Source: an uncultured virus (IMG/VR IMGVR_UViG_3300001605_000011) (taxonomy: Duplodnaviria > Heunggongvirae > Uroviricota > Caudoviricetes). From it: a stretch of DNA of 64,000 bases. The stretch lies in the IMG/VR virus record IMGVR_UViG_3300001605_000011, one strand, 5' to 3'. The stretch's first letter is position 1; the number at the start of each line of letters is the position of its first letter. The notes under the pieces were generated by a model, which searched no databases, was not told where the DNA came from, and saw nothing but the letters and a program-made list of their open reading frames with translations. Below, in pieces: positions 9,869 to 19,850 of the stretch. Made by a program: the position numbers and the translations under genes.

Positions 9869-10458
9869 CCAAACGCCTCCATCGTCGCCGCCACAATCTC
9901 CGCCCCGGTCTTCGCGGGATCGTCAATCGCGGCCCGCCGTGCTTCGCGTACAGTGTTCAACTTCGTCGATTCGTCGTTGATCATTTGTTCGGTTGACGCG
10001 ATGGCAGTATCGCGTGCTTGGCGAAACTCGATCTGCGATAGCGTCGGTTCGGCAGTGAGTCCTTCCAGCGTCCAGCGCTTCACCCACGTGCCGCCAAGCG
10101 ACTTAACCGCGTCGCGAACCGCATCAGGCCAGCTTCCGAACACGGCCAGCAGATCGATCGTCGCCTGGCGGTCTAGCTCGCTGAGCGACGCACCTTTGGA
10201 CACCATCGCTGCCAAGGCATCCTGTAGGTCGAGACCTTGGGTACGCTCCGCCCGGTTCTCGCTAGCCTTGAGCGACTTGATCGCGTTTTCCAGCGTGTCG
10301 CGGACTAACGCGTACTGCGATGTGGTCAGGCCGATCGTGTCACGGATCATGCTGATCGTGACTTCGGCGTTGGTCGGTACCCACACATCCGCGAGTAGTT
10401 CCGCCAGAACTTCAGCAGCTGGAAGCGACCAATCGATAGCTGGCATTGATGAGGTCAT
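9865..10458 (-). CDS. Hypothetical helical protein, fibre-associated paralog family copy 1
   Basis: Strong similarity to 944..1552 (WVPTNA, DRQAxIDxLAxFG, WPxxVRDAVKxLGG); ATGA overlap with the LamG gene. Confidence 0.7.
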   Translation of the reverse strand: MTSSMPAIDWSLPAAEVLAELLADVWVPTNAEVTISMIRDTIGLTTSQYALVRDTLENAIKSLKASENRAERTQGLDLQDALAAMVSKGASLSELDRQATIDLLAVFGSWPDAVRDAVKSLGGTWVKRWTLEGLTAEPTLSQIEFRQARDTAIASTEQMINDESTKLNTVREARRAAIDDPAKTGAEIVAATMEAFG

Positions 10459-10569
10459 AAGGTGCTCGCGTAATCAGTCGGCAAGTAGTATGTCATTCAC
10501 TCTGTAGCTTACTGCGTCACACAAACAACCAGACTTTTTAGTTCTTGCAGGTACATCACACACGATCGC

Positions 10570-11464
10570 TCACCGCCTGAACACACGATAGGACGGGCGG
10601 CTGTATTGTGGCGGACAACCACCCGGCGGGCAACCACCACTAGATTCGCGGACGTACGACGGCTGACTGACTATAGCGGAAGATGTTCCGTTTTCGTGGT
10701 CAGCCGTATGCAGCATCTGCAAGTACGACAGCGGTAGTCCGTCCAGACTGCCACGGGGGTGTCGGTGGTTACTGTGGGTATACAGGTGAGCCCGCAGCGT
10801 AAGCAGTAGTCCACTCACGCCCATCTATTTTGTAATCCACGCCGGAGTACATTGGAATAGCCACCACTTGTCGCAAAGTGTCGCTAACCTCGCTGTACGT
10901 NGTAACGGTTTCACCACGTAGCAGAGCGTTGAATGCTCTAGGTGTCAGTGGCCCGACGTGCGTATGCCACTTACCTCGGTTGAGTATTCTGTAGCTGGGA
11001 TAGGCTGCCATGACCACGTTAGGGTCTTTGACTTCGCGAACGTCCCATCCGACGTCGATGTAACGCTGCCGCCCACTCGTCATGAACTCGATGCACGGTT
11101 TGCAGCCATCAATACTGATCTGGATGATGGTAGGCTTGGTTACGCTGATTCCCGTGACATCGTCAGTGTAAACCGGCGCTTGAGCGCCGGCACCGGCCGC
11201 AGCTTCAGCTACCGGCTGCTTCTCCGTGGTGACACTGGCGATCGGTGGCAGCGACGTGGGGGAAAATAGGTTCTCACTGGCCGTTGCCGCGGAGGGTGGC
11301 GACGGTACGAACGGGATGGGCAGCGGCGGCACAAACGGCCGCACTAGTGGTGGGATCGGCGGAACTGGTGGGATACGTGGTAATCGTAGACTCGGTAGTG
11401 AGTCGTAAACACCGAACCCTAGTGCGATGACGCACAGGCTGAAGGCTGCTGTATGGCGTTGCAT
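10570..11464 (-). CDS. Exported thioredoxin-like (CxxC) protein with a His-rich C-terminal part; apparent frameshift near 10800
   Basis: Hydrophobic signal, Pro-rich linker, SIDGCKPC and YPSY cis-Pro-like motif; ORF 10570..10824 (LRAHLYTHSNHRH...LHTADH...GGCPPGGCP) continues it in another frame. Confidence 0.6.
11173..11190. repeat. 18-bp palindrome CCGGCGCT-TG-AGCGCCGG, copy 1 (inside a coding linker)
   Basis: Exact match read from the sequence; falls within the AGAGAQAPV linker. Confidence 0.9.
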
Positions 11465-11518
11465 GATTGTTCCTCCACTATCTCTGCTGCTGTCCAGTTA
11501 ACAGCTGGTTGTACATTA

Positions 11519-13072
11519 CTACGATTGGCCACGCATCGCCAGTCTAGCAGCCCTGGCTCTTGCAAGTCGCTCTCGTACCGCGTCCACATCTCGCCTCCTG
11601 CTGTACGCAGACCGAGCCTCGTCCTCGGGGGTGCGTGGAGCTCGCCCAGGACCGGTCAGCATCGAATGTTGCTTACCGCCATGCTCCCAAGTTACGCGAG
11701 TACGTGGTGCCAGTAGCGAAGCAGCGTCAAATCCACCGAACTCCATGCGAGGCTGACGTCTAGCTAGTGCTTCCTCTCGCAGTTTGGTTTCGTTGTAGCC
11801 GCTCTGCTGCAGTTGAGCGTTTATCGCAGCGTCGCGTGCTGCGCGGTACGACTTCTGGTTGGCGGCAACAGCATCGCTTTCTTGCTTCGCCCGGCCAGGT
11901 GGATCAATGGCATCCAGTCTTGCGAAACGATCTCGCATGTCACCGGACCTACCGCCAGTCATAGGGTTGCGCAGATATTGCTGTCGCAGCCTATCGGCTA
12001 CGGCAGTACGCCCTGCCCCAGGCCTAAACCCGGATTCATTGCGTAGAAACCGTAACCGCGGGTCTGGATTGGCCGCTCGCCTAGCTTGTACGGCCGCGGC
12101 ATATTCCTGCTGAGCCTCTGGCGTAGGCGTATCCGCCCACACGCCCTCCCCATTCACACGCTTTGCGGCCAGGGTGTCCGCCAGCGTTCCAGCGCCTGCT
12201 GCGTATCTCGCGTTCTGCGGGTCTAAGCGTGGTGCAATTCCCCTCGCTCGCGGTGCCGTAGTGCTTGCATACTGTTGTTGTCCTCGCGAACGCGTCGGCG
12301 GCGTAGTTAACGTGGGTGTCGTGCCGACGGCAGACATAGGTGGTAGCTGCCTTCCACTTCGCGAGACGTTCGCCATAGACGGGGCTGCGGCTACACCCCC
12401 GCCTGTGGTGGATTGTCTCGCCATAGAGTTATCGGCGACTGTGTAAGGCCCCGGCCGTCTGTCGTAGTTGTAACTAAGCGCACGATCCCCTAGTTGCCTG
12501 AGGTTCAATGCTGCCGAATAAGCAACATCCGGTGACGACAGGCCACCGCGAGGTGTCGCGGTTATTCCAGGATCTACTTGTCGCGGGCTAGGCGAGGCTG
12601 CAACGGGCGACTGTGCTGCTCCCGTAATAGGGCGGATCGGCGAGTTTAGCCTCGCCTCGAAATTTGAGGCGTTCGTGGTGAGCAAGTTGTTGCGTCGTAC
12701 GTTATTTGATAACCGCACGGGCGTTATCGCGGCTGCCTGCTGCGACGGTTCTGCGGTAGAGCGGCTTAGTGAATTTAGCCGCATAGGCGAGAAGCTCGCA
12801 GCATCCGCCGCGAGCAAGTTGTTTCGTCGTACGTTATTTGGCAGCTGTGCCGGACGTGCTGGTCCTAATTTGGCAGCTAGTCCCCTGGCCACACTGTCAC
12901 GATTGTTGTCGTAGTGATAATCCAAAGTAGGCATAGCAGCAGGATCAACGGCTAGCTTATGTACAGCACCAACACGTACAGCCTCTAGGCTGTTGCTCAG
13001 CAGGTAATCTCCAGTTATTGAGCCCGACGGTACCCTACCGGTAACCGTCAGCTGCTTTCGCCGTGTGTCCAC
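11519..13072 (-). CDS. Low-complexity Ala/Arg/Pro-rich protein, possible internal virion protein
   Basis: 517-aa ORF; internal duplication NNVRRNNLL (29-bp repeat at 12680-12708 and 12812-12840, one mismatch). Confidence 0.6.
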   Translation of the reverse strand: MDTRRKQLTVTGRVPSGSITGDYLLSNSLEAVRVGAVHKLAVDPAAMPTLDYHYDNNRDSVARGLAAKLGPARPAQLPNNVRRNNLLAADAASFSPMRLNSLSRSTAEPSQQAAAITPVRLSNNVRRNNLLTTNASNFEARLNSPIRPITGAAQSPVAASPSPRQVDPGITATPRGGLSSPDVAYSAALNLRQLGDRALSYNYDRRPGPYTVADNSMARQSTTGGGVAAAPSMANVSRSGRQLPPMSAVGTTPTLTTPPTRSRGQQQYASTTAPRARGIAPRLDPQNARYAAGAGTLADTLAAKRVNGEGVWADTPTPEAQQEYAAAVQARRAANPDPRLRFLRNESGFRPGAGRTAVADRLRQQYLRNPMTGGRSGDMRDRFARLDAIDPPGRAKQESDAVAANQKSYRAARDAAINAQLQQSGYNETKLREEALARRQPRMEFGGFDAASLLAPRTRVTWEHGGKQHSMLTGPGRAPRTPEDEARSAYSRRRDVDAVRERLARARAARLAMRGQS

Positions 13073-13160
13073 TTATTACCTACGGTGTGTGCAGTAGTCT
13101 GCAGGACTGTACTGTCCTAGTTATTCGCTGCAAATATAGCACGTCCGTAGTACGGCCCGT

Positions 13161-14039
13161 CTACACTATCTTCGCTGCCGCCCAATTAAACTTGCGTACC
13201 AAAGGGCTAGCCATGTCTGACCAGCCCAATAGATGCGTCTGCGCGTTTCGAAGCGTCGCAGCCATACCTGCACGGCTGACAAAGTACAGACCTTTGAACT
13301 GGGCTTGGCTACCGTGACTGTTTTCACAGACATAAACGTACGGCTCGTTGCGTACGCGGTCCGCAATCCCAGGTACTTCGCGTGCGACACGAGCACCTGT
13401 CCAGTAGCCACGTATTGCTGTGGCGTGTCCACCACCTCGGCCGGGCGAGGACTCCACCAGACACCCACCTCGCCAGGCAAATGGCCAGGTCTTGCCCCAT
13501 TCGCATGGACCTTGTCCTGACGCCAGCCAGTCGTGCACCTGCTGCTCTTCAGACAGCGTCGCATAACGCTTGAACGTAAACAGCTTTGCTTTAGCTGCCA
13601 CATCTGCCGGAAATTGCGTAGTGTGCTGCTTCGAGTACGGCCAATCTGCCTCTGTAGCAAATCCATCCTGCATGGCCGCCTTGACGCCACCTGACATAGT
13701 GGCACCACGTTGTGCTCCGACCGTACCGCCATGAATCTGCGTGCGTACCCAGCACCACAGCGGCGAGAAGTCGTCAAGCACAGGCTCGCCCGCCTTACCG
13801 TCATTGTTCAAGTCAATGTCCGACCCAGACGCCAGGCGTGCCCCCATACGACCACACGCCGCAAGGCTGTGGCCACGGCAAGACGGTCGATTAGCCTGGT
13901 TGCGAATGGCTAGACCGTGTCCGTAGTCGATCTCCGGTGGTGGGTCAGAGACCTCCATGATGCTATCCCAACCGGCGGAAAACTCCCGCAGGACATCTGG
14001 CCGTTCGTTCTGATACTCGTAGCCAAGTGCTGGACTCAT
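13161..14039 (-). CDS. Papain-like (C1 family) cysteine peptidase
   Basis: Oxyanion Gln and catalytic Cys in RNQANRPSCRGHS, catalytic His in GGGHAT, Asn in ENSHG, plus WPY motif. Confidence 0.8.
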   Translation of the reverse strand: MSPALGYEYQNERPDVLREFSAGWDSIMEVSDPPPEIDYGHGLAIRNQANRPSCRGHSLAACGRMGARLASGSDIDLNNDGKAGEPVLDDFSPLWCWVRTQIHGGTVGAQRGATMSGGVKAAMQDGFATEADWPYSKQHTTQFPADVAAKAKLFTFKRYATLSEEQQVHDWLASGQGPCEWGKTWPFAWRGGCLVESSPGRGGGHATAIRGYWTGARVAREVPGIADRVRNEPYVYVCENSHGSQAQFKGLYFVSRAGMAATLRNAQTHLLGWSDMASPLVRKFNWAAAKIV

Positions 14040-14962
14040 GCTATTTTCGCAGCTCCCCAGTCAAATGACGGCCCTGGGCCAGGCCCCGGTCCCGGAAGAA
14101 TGATTGGCGTACCGCCGAAGTACGTCCGCAGACGTGACTCTGCAGGGTCCCCCCGCCACGCACGTAGGCTGAACACACCGCTGGTCAGCGACGCGTTCAT
14201 GATACCACCGCGGAAGTGGCTCATGCCCATGTTGTGCCCAAGCTCGTGTGCAATGAGCCTCGCCCACTGATCGACCAGTGCCGATGGTCTGTACCGGTTG
14301 TCAAACTTCGCCCATACTCGCAAGGCACAGCTAAACCGGGACGGCACAGAAGCCAACCCTAGCCAACCTGGGCCACGCTGAAACGTGATGATTGTGTTGG
14401 CCTGATCATTGTCCTGGCGAACAAACGCGATGCCCATGTCAGCGTATGCTGCCACACACAATCGCCATGCCTGTTCGAACGCACCGATATCCGAACCTGT
14501 TCCGGCCAGGTAGGAAGGCATACCACGCTTGTCAACCTGAACGGTGAAAGTGTGCCGCCCTGGGAACTGTGGGTGACATCCGGCAGGCCAGGAACCACGC
14601 CCAGTCAGAGCATCCCCTACCACATCCGGGTAGGCGTACTCCACCGCCGGGTAATCGGCACAACCGCATCGCGGCATGAATACAGACCCAAGAGCCTCCG
14701 CCGTGATCTTGCCGTTGGACGACACTTCCATAGGCAAGCCCATGAAATCGATGTAGCTGTCGAACGCTACCTTGACCACAGAATCAGCCAAGCTAAGTCG
14801 TGGCAAATCCTTAGCAGTAATGCCTGTCGGGTGCTGGGGATTACGAAAATGTCCGTACTCCTCCAGCAACGCGATGGCTGCCGCAGGGTCAGCCTTGACA
14901 CCTATTGCGGACATCTCGCCGGGTGTCCAGCCAACATCGCCGTAGTATTCGTCGGTGCTCAT
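14036..14962 (-). CDS. Matrixin-like (M10/metzincin) zinc metallopeptidase with cysteine-switch pro-region
   Basis: HELGHNMGMSH (HExxHxxGxxH), Met-turn GIMN, PRCGCAD cysteine switch; start moved to MSTDEYY at 14962 because the upstream extension overlaps the previous gene. Confidence 0.85.
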   Translation of the reverse strand: MSTDEYYGDVGWTPGEMSAIGVKADPAAAIALLEEYGHFRNPQHPTGITAKDLPRLSLADSVVKVAFDSYIDFMGLPMEVSSNGKITAEALGSVFMPRCGCADYPAVEYAYPDVVGDALTGRGSWPAGCHPQFPGRHTFTVQVDKRGMPSYLAGTGSDIGAFEQAWRLCVAAYADMGIAFVRQDNDQANTIITFQRGPGWLGLASVPSRFSCALRVWAKFDNRYRPSALVDQWARLIAHELGHNMGMSHFRGGIMNASLTSGVFSLRAWRGDPAESRLRTYFGGTPIILPGPGPGPGPSFDWGAAKIA

Positions 14963-14972
14963 AGTAAGTTCT

Positions 14973-15353
14973 CTACCTGGCCACACGTTCGAAACCAGAC
15001 GCTGCCGTGTCAAACCACGTCGCGGCTTTTTCCTTGTCATCCCACGCACCTGACGGCAAATTCGCCGCAGCGTCGACCGACAATGGTTTTGCTGTCTCCT
15101 GCTCGATCTCCGCAATCCGCCGGACCAGCTCGGTACCTGCTGCCGAAGCGTCTGGTAATGCCCCGCTCCGTACACGCAGCGCAATGTCGCGGTACAGCGC
15201 AGCTTGCTGTGCGGCCCGCGAACGGTGTACGGCCTCGGCAATAGCGGCGGTGCCCTGTGGCGTAGGCGTTACGCCACCACCACCGCCACCGTTGAAGTAG
15301 GCAAACCCGGCTATAGCCACCATGATCGCGGCAAGCCACTGATTACTCTTCAC
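14973..15353 (-). CDS. Membrane-anchored hypothetical protein
   Basis: WLAAIMVAIAGFAYF hydrophobic segment, poly-Gly linker, helical domain; probable GTG start at 15353. Confidence 0.6.
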   Translation of the reverse strand: MKSNQWLAAIMVAIAGFAYFNGGGGGGVTPTPQGTAAIAEAVHRSRAAQQAALYRDIALRVRSGALPDASAAGTELVRRIAEIEQETAKPLSVDAAANLPSGAWDDKEKAATWFDTAASGFERVAR

Positions 15354-15706
15354 TTTTGGCCTCGTTGAATAGGGCACGACCAGCGGTACGAATGGCCTTC
15401 TCACCGGCCTCGTTCTTAGTCAGCTTGAACCAGCCGACGAGCAGCTGCATCGCGGCAATGATTGCCGCGAAGTCTGCGGGCGTCGGTGCTGGTGCAGGCG
15501 TGGGCGTCGGCGTTGGTGCTGGCGGGAAGAACGGAGTCAGGGGAGTCGGCGCTGGTGGCACCGGCGGCGTTGGTGGTACCGGCGGCGTCGGGGTGATGAA
15601 CTTGTCGATGATCGGTTTAAGTTGCGGGAAGAACAGCGCAACCCCTGCTACCGATCACCGGAACGATTATCTTCCAGTTTTCGCCAAAAATAGATTCAAG
15701 CCACAT
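15343..15706 (-). CDS. Membrane-anchored Pro/Thr-rich protein (apparent frameshift near 15651)
   Basis: ATG at 15706 reads MWLESIFGENWKIIVPVI, continues in a shifted frame as VAGVALFFPQLKPIIDKFITPTPPVPP... into ORF 15343..15561. Confidence 0.55.
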
Positions 15707-15712
15707 CTTACT

Positions 15713-16036
15713 TCACCTATGAGGGATCTTCGACTTCAATTTCCAGCATAGCCGACAACTGCTCCGCAGTGACAGCAAGGTACCCAGGCTCTTCAGTATC
15801 TCGAAGATAAGGACGCCGAGCCGAATGAGCATTATCACCGTCGCCGGGTCAAACCCATACTCGTCCTTTTCCAGTTCAGCTTCAAGCTGTGCTTTGGCCT
15901 CCGCAACATCCTTCGTGGTGTTCCAGATCCTCGCAAATATGCCGTCAGCGACTTCACGCGTCTTGTCGTCTAGCTCACGACTGGCCCAGCGTGCTTTGGC
16001 ACGCAAACGACGCCGTGCAATACGATCCAAAATCAT
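15713..16036 (-). CDS. Small putative membrane-associated protein
   Basis: FDPATVIMLIRLGVLIFEILK hydrophobic helix; the C-terminus probably suffers a 1-bp deletion near 15783. Confidence 0.55.
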   Translation of the reverse strand: MILDRIARRRLRAKARWASRELDDKTREVADGIFARIWNTTKDVAEAKAQLEAELEKDEYGFDPATVIMLIRLGVLIFEILKSLGTLLSLRSSCRLCWKLKSKIPHR

Positions 16037-16048
16037 GCTTTACCCCCG

Positions 16049-17197
16049 TTAAGCTACTGTTCCGTCGACCGCGTATAAATCACCGGTCAGCGGTATCTCT
16101 CTTGTCAAAACAATTGCAGCGTGTCCTGCGTAGTTTATCGTAATACGGTAGGTCATGCCACGATATAATTGCAACAGCGCCTGCCCCATCGCATTCACTG
16201 TAGCTGTTTCTCGCGTGTTCAGTACAATCCCGTCCGGTACAAATGCCGGATAGCCCTGCACTTCTGCCGCTACTTTAGCGCACTTTGCGGGGCGTCCGAA
16301 CTGCGTAAACACCGTAACCAGTACGTTAATAAGTGCTTCGTCGTCCGGTGGCTCTAGCGAGGTTACAACCAGTGGCACGTCGACCAGCTGATCAGCATTA
16401 CCGACAAGTACTGTCAGATCGTCGACACCCTCGAACGTAGTTGGCGGAGTAACCTTGATCGTGTACGGGGTCTCTGACGAAGCGAGGTTCAGCTTCGCCA
16501 CGCCGTCTGTGTTCGTCGTTTCCGATCTCGCCGCACCCGACACGGCTATCCGCACGCCAGCTACACCCAGACCATTTGTTCTGGCACGCACTGTAAGCGT
16601 CTGTTCTCCGGGGCCAGCAGCACCACCTATCGCACTCTCCAGTGATTGAATCTGTTCCGCCGTAGGGATCGACCCGCTGAAACGCCTTGCGGTCATACCG
16701 TACAGGTTGATCGGGTACGTTTCGCCTTCCGCGGTAACGGGTATGTACAGTCGGGCTATCCTGCCTGTCTGAATCGTGTCAGATAACGTTAGCTGTACCA
16801 TCCAGCGGTTGCCGGACACGTTGACCGCTACGCCTGTCGAGTGGAACACTTCTCCAATGAAGAAAGTCCAGGTAGGTGCTGCTGTCGGTGAATGCGGTAG
16901 ATCGACAGCAACTTGGGGTGCCGTGTCGCGGAAGAATATCCCCACGTTACCTACGACAGGTTTTGTCACGTCAAGTGCGTCGTAGTACTGCACGAACTGG
17001 TCAGCCGAATCTGGCGACCCGCCCAGTTGCTTGTATACGGCGTACGGTAAACCCGCCTGGCGTGAGAAGTACCGTGTACCGTAAGGTCCAGCCGACAGCT
17101 GAATCACGTTATCGCCCCACGCGGGCGGCGACACGATGAGCAGCGGCTTAGCATAGTGTGTACCGCTGTCTTCGTTTATGAACCAGGCAGTTGACAC
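16049..17197 (-). CDS. Structural protein with C-terminal Ig/transthyretin-like domains
   Basis: LTVRARTNGLGVAGVRIAV...TTNTDGVAKLNL...YTIKVT pattern typical of carboxypeptidase-regulatory-like folds. Confidence 0.6.
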   Translation of the reverse strand: MSTAWFINEDSGTHYAKPLLIVSPPAWGDNVIQLSAGPYGTRYFSRQAGLPYAVYKQLGGSPDSADQFVQYYDALDVTKPVVGNVGIFFRDTAPQVAVDLPHSPTAAPTWTFFIGEVFHSTGVAVNVSGNRWMVQLTLSDTIQTGRIARLYIPVTAEGETYPINLYGMTARRFSGSIPTAEQIQSLESAIGGAAGPGEQTLTVRARTNGLGVAGVRIAVSGAARSETTNTDGVAKLNLASSETPYTIKVTPPTTFEGVDDLTVLVGNADQLVDVPLVVTSLEPPDDEALINVLVTVFTQFGRPAKCAKVAAEVQGYPAFVPDGIVLNTRETATVNAMGQALLQLYRGMTYRITINYAGHAAIVLTREIPLTGDLYAVDGTVA

Positions 17198-17198
17198 A

Positions 17199-17591
17199 TC
17201 AAGTCTCCTGGTACAGACGCAACGTTACACCGGTACCTGTGATAACCCGTAGACGCAGCATGACAAAGTTCGTGTACCGGAAGTTTTCCACGCGAGGTGC
17301 CGTGAACGTGGCGACGATTTCCCACGTAACACCGTCGTCATAGGACTGTTCCAGTACAGCACTGACGGCACCAGGCTCAGCGGGCGGTACGACGACAAGG
17401 CCAACGGATGCGGTAACCACACGATGATCACCGTGCTTACCTTCGCGGTGCTCAAAGTAAGAACCCGGCGTGGTGCCGCCGGCGGTAGCTCCGGTAACGA
17501 GTATCCTGGGCGACGTGCTAGCACGCAGTAGGAACTCAGGCGATGTCCAGGCGTCGCCCGGCGTGTAGGTGCTCGGTGAAAATGCAGTCAT
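17199..17591 (-). CDS. Hypothetical beta-rich structural protein
   Basis: 130 aa, LEQSYDDGVTWE (Asp-box-like) motif, tight packing with neighbours. Confidence 0.55.
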   Translation of the reverse strand: MTAFSPSTYTPGDAWTSPEFLLRASTSPRILVTGATAGGTTPGSYFEHREGKHGDHRVVTASVGLVVVPPAEPGAVSAVLEQSYDDGVTWEIVATFTAPRVENFRYTNFVMLRLRVITGTGVTLRLYQET

Positions 17592-17614
17592 CTAAGATCA
17601 TCACGTCGGGGTTG

Positions 17615-17632
17615 CCGGCGCTTGAGCGCCGG
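17615..17632. repeat. 18-bp palindrome, copy 2 (intergenic)
   Basis: Exact CCGGCGCTTGAGCGCCGG between the stop at 17638 and the start at 17591. Confidence 0.95.
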
Positions 17633-17637
17633 TAGGG

Positions 17638-18003
17638 TCAGTCGTACACCAGTCCTGTGCGAAGTCCCCAAGCTGTCAAGAAATTCAGTGCACCCTCGGC
17701 CAGCTCCGGGTTGGTTTCACCGTGAACATACCTGTAAATCGTCCACGTGTCATCTGCTCTGTTCACACCGACAAAGTAATGTGTACCGTTGCCCGTATCC
17801 ACTTCTCGCTGTACGACGGGTCGCTTACCTGTGGCAAGCCAGTAACGGACATCGCCCTGACTGTACAGCTTATATCGCTGATCAGCCTCGGCACTGTAGA
17901 AAACAGTTCCGACAGGTAGTTTGGTGTTCAGCGGTGGTAGCCCGTCACCGCTCTGCACCAACGTAGCACCTGCTGTCAGTACTTGTTGTATGAATGCTGT
18001 CAT
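17638..18003 (-). CDS. Hypothetical structural protein
   Basis: 121-aa ORF, ATGA-type overlap with 18000..19850. Confidence 0.55.
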   Translation of the reverse strand: MTAFIQQVLTAGATLVQSGDGLPPLNTKLPVGTVFYSAEADQRYKLYSQGDVRYWLATGKRPVVQREVDTGNGTHYFVGVNRADDTWTIYRYVHGETNPELAEGALNFLTAWGLRTGLVYD

Positions 18004-19850
18004 TGCTCTAGGACCACCTTACGCCAGCCGGATGCCCCTGTACCGCTACGCTTTACGTAGTATACGCCGTTGGCCGGATCCGTGCAGGTAGAACCTGGCG
18101 TAGCCACCAGTTGGCCTTCCGGATTGCCTGGGTAGACAAACGATGACACCACGTATTCCGATGTTCTAGCCTGCAAGGCCAGACTACCTAGTACGTCTAT
18201 GCTCAGTGGTACCAAAAACTTGATTGCCGTTTCGGGCTGGGCAGGTACTACCTCGCTCGGCGGATTGATTGGCGGCTCTTCCTCGCCAGGCGTATCAAGT
18301 ACGGTAACTGTGAGCTGTCCGCTACTGTACCCGCTAGCTGCGGCAGTGAACTGCGTAACCCCACCTCCGTCTGAACTGATGACCAAGTCCACGTCCTGTT
18401 GACCGGCTGGTAGCGTAACAACAACCGGGGAACCTATAGGTAATCCACCCTGTGTTCGCGTCACCGTAACGGACAAGGATGATTCGCTCAGCACTGCTTC
18501 TCGCCTAAGCGTGACAATGGAGCTATCGCCGTTGCCCAGTGTCAGCGTGCTTGGAACGAACGCCAGCGTGTACAGTTCTGGCGGGTAAACCGGTGGGTCA
18601 GGTGTTGGTGGTGGATCCAGCGGATCGTAGACCAGAATGTCCAGCACAGCCGTTTCGTACCCTACCGCGGTAGCTTCAGCCCGAAGTAGTCCCTGCTCTA
18701 TGCCGATCAGCGTGACTAGCTGCGACAACTGACCCGCGGCAAACGGCGAAACGTCACCCAACACAGACTGGTACGTAGCCAACAGCACATCGTCGCTATC
18801 CCGATAGACACGCACCGCGTACTGCAGGGCCGTGCCGACATCCTGAGACGTTCGCACGACGCCCCAAGACGCCTCGCCGCCGTCTGCAATGTACAGCGGC
18901 CCGTCAGACGCTATCCACGTCAGAGCCTTGGTTCCTACCGGAGGCGGTGGTGGTGGTGGTGGTGGGTCGACTATTTCCGCCTCTTCCACTGTCAACAACA
19001 CCGACGCCGCAGCCAGCCCAGCTACGCTAAAGGTCAGTGCGTACACACCAACACTCGCTGTGAGCGATACCACCAGCGACTGCGAATCGGCAGCAAACGT
19101 CAGGCTGCTTGCCGTCACGGTCGGCGAAGTCGGTGATTGACTCAGCGATACCGTTAGTGGGTCGGTCAGCGGTACGTCTAACCGGTCTAGGGTGACTACG
19201 GCGGCCTCACCGTCACTTACCGTGATCGTACCTGGAATGACACGTAACCGCGGTACAGGCAGGCAGTCCGGCCGTGTCCGCAGTATCGGTGTGGCATCGC
19301 TATCTGGATCGTCGATTGCCGCCAAAGAGCTGACCTGATACGTCGACAGCTGATCCTCTAAATTCAGGTACAGGAATGGTGTGCCAATCGCTCCTGCGGT
19401 ACCGCCGTACCTCGGCGACAATGTGCCAACACCGACGCTGATACTCACAACTTGCGAGATGTTGGGGTCTGTTTCAGGCAATACCGGGAAGCTATCGCCG
19501 GGGGCGTGGACGTAAAAAAACGAATTACCGACGCTGGCGTTGCCCGAGCGTACGACATACAGGCTGTCGTCCGGATCCACGTAATCCCCAGTAAACGCGT
19601 CAGGTACCTGCAAAACCTGCACAGCCGTGCCCGCTAGCTCCGACCAATACGGATAGCGCGGTGCGGCCTGCTGCATAAAACCCTGTCGCATCGTCAGGTT
19701 GGCTAGCCTCGCACTGGGCGACGGGTTGCGTACAAGCGCGTCTGACACGTTTCGCACGAACGACCGACCTATCCACGTATTGTAATTACCCGGTGGCCGG
19801 TAGCCGTACGTCACCCAGCGATACTGCATTCGGCCTGATCGCCAGATCAT
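18000..19850 (-). CDS. Tail-associated protein with Ig-like repeats and poly-Pro linkers
   Basis: Three beta-sandwich-like segments separated by Pro-rich linkers; C-terminal GNPEGQLVATPGS...YYVKRSGTGASGW motif. Confidence 0.65.
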   Translation of the reverse strand: MIWRSGRMQYRWVTYGYRPPGNYNTWIGRSFVRNVSDALVRNPSPSARLANLTMRQGFMQQAAPRYPYWSELAGTAVQVLQVPDAFTGDYVDPDDSLYVVRSGNASVGNSFFYVHAPGDSFPVLPETDPNISQVVSISVGVGTLSPRYGGTAGAIGTPFLYLNLEDQLSTYQVSSLAAIDDPDSDATPILRTRPDCLPVPRLRVIPGTITVSDGEAAVVTLDRLDVPLTDPLTVSLSQSPTSPTVTASSLTFAADSQSLVVSLTASVGVYALTFSVAGLAAASVLLTVEEAEIVDPPPPPPPPPVGTKALTWIASDGPLYIADGGEASWGVVRTSQDVGTALQYAVRVYRDSDDVLLATYQSVLGDVSPFAAGQLSQLVTLIGIEQGLLRAEATAVGYETAVLDILVYDPLDPPPTPDPPVYPPELYTLAFVPSTLTLGNGDSSIVTLRREAVLSESSLSVTVTRTQGGLPIGSPVVVTLPAGQQDVDLVISSDGGGVTQFTAAASGYSSGQLTVTVLDTPGEEEPPINPPSEVVPAQPETAIKFLVPLSIDVLGSLALQARTSEYVVSSFVYPGNPEGQLVATPGSTCTDPANGVYYVKRSGTGASGWRKVVLEQ

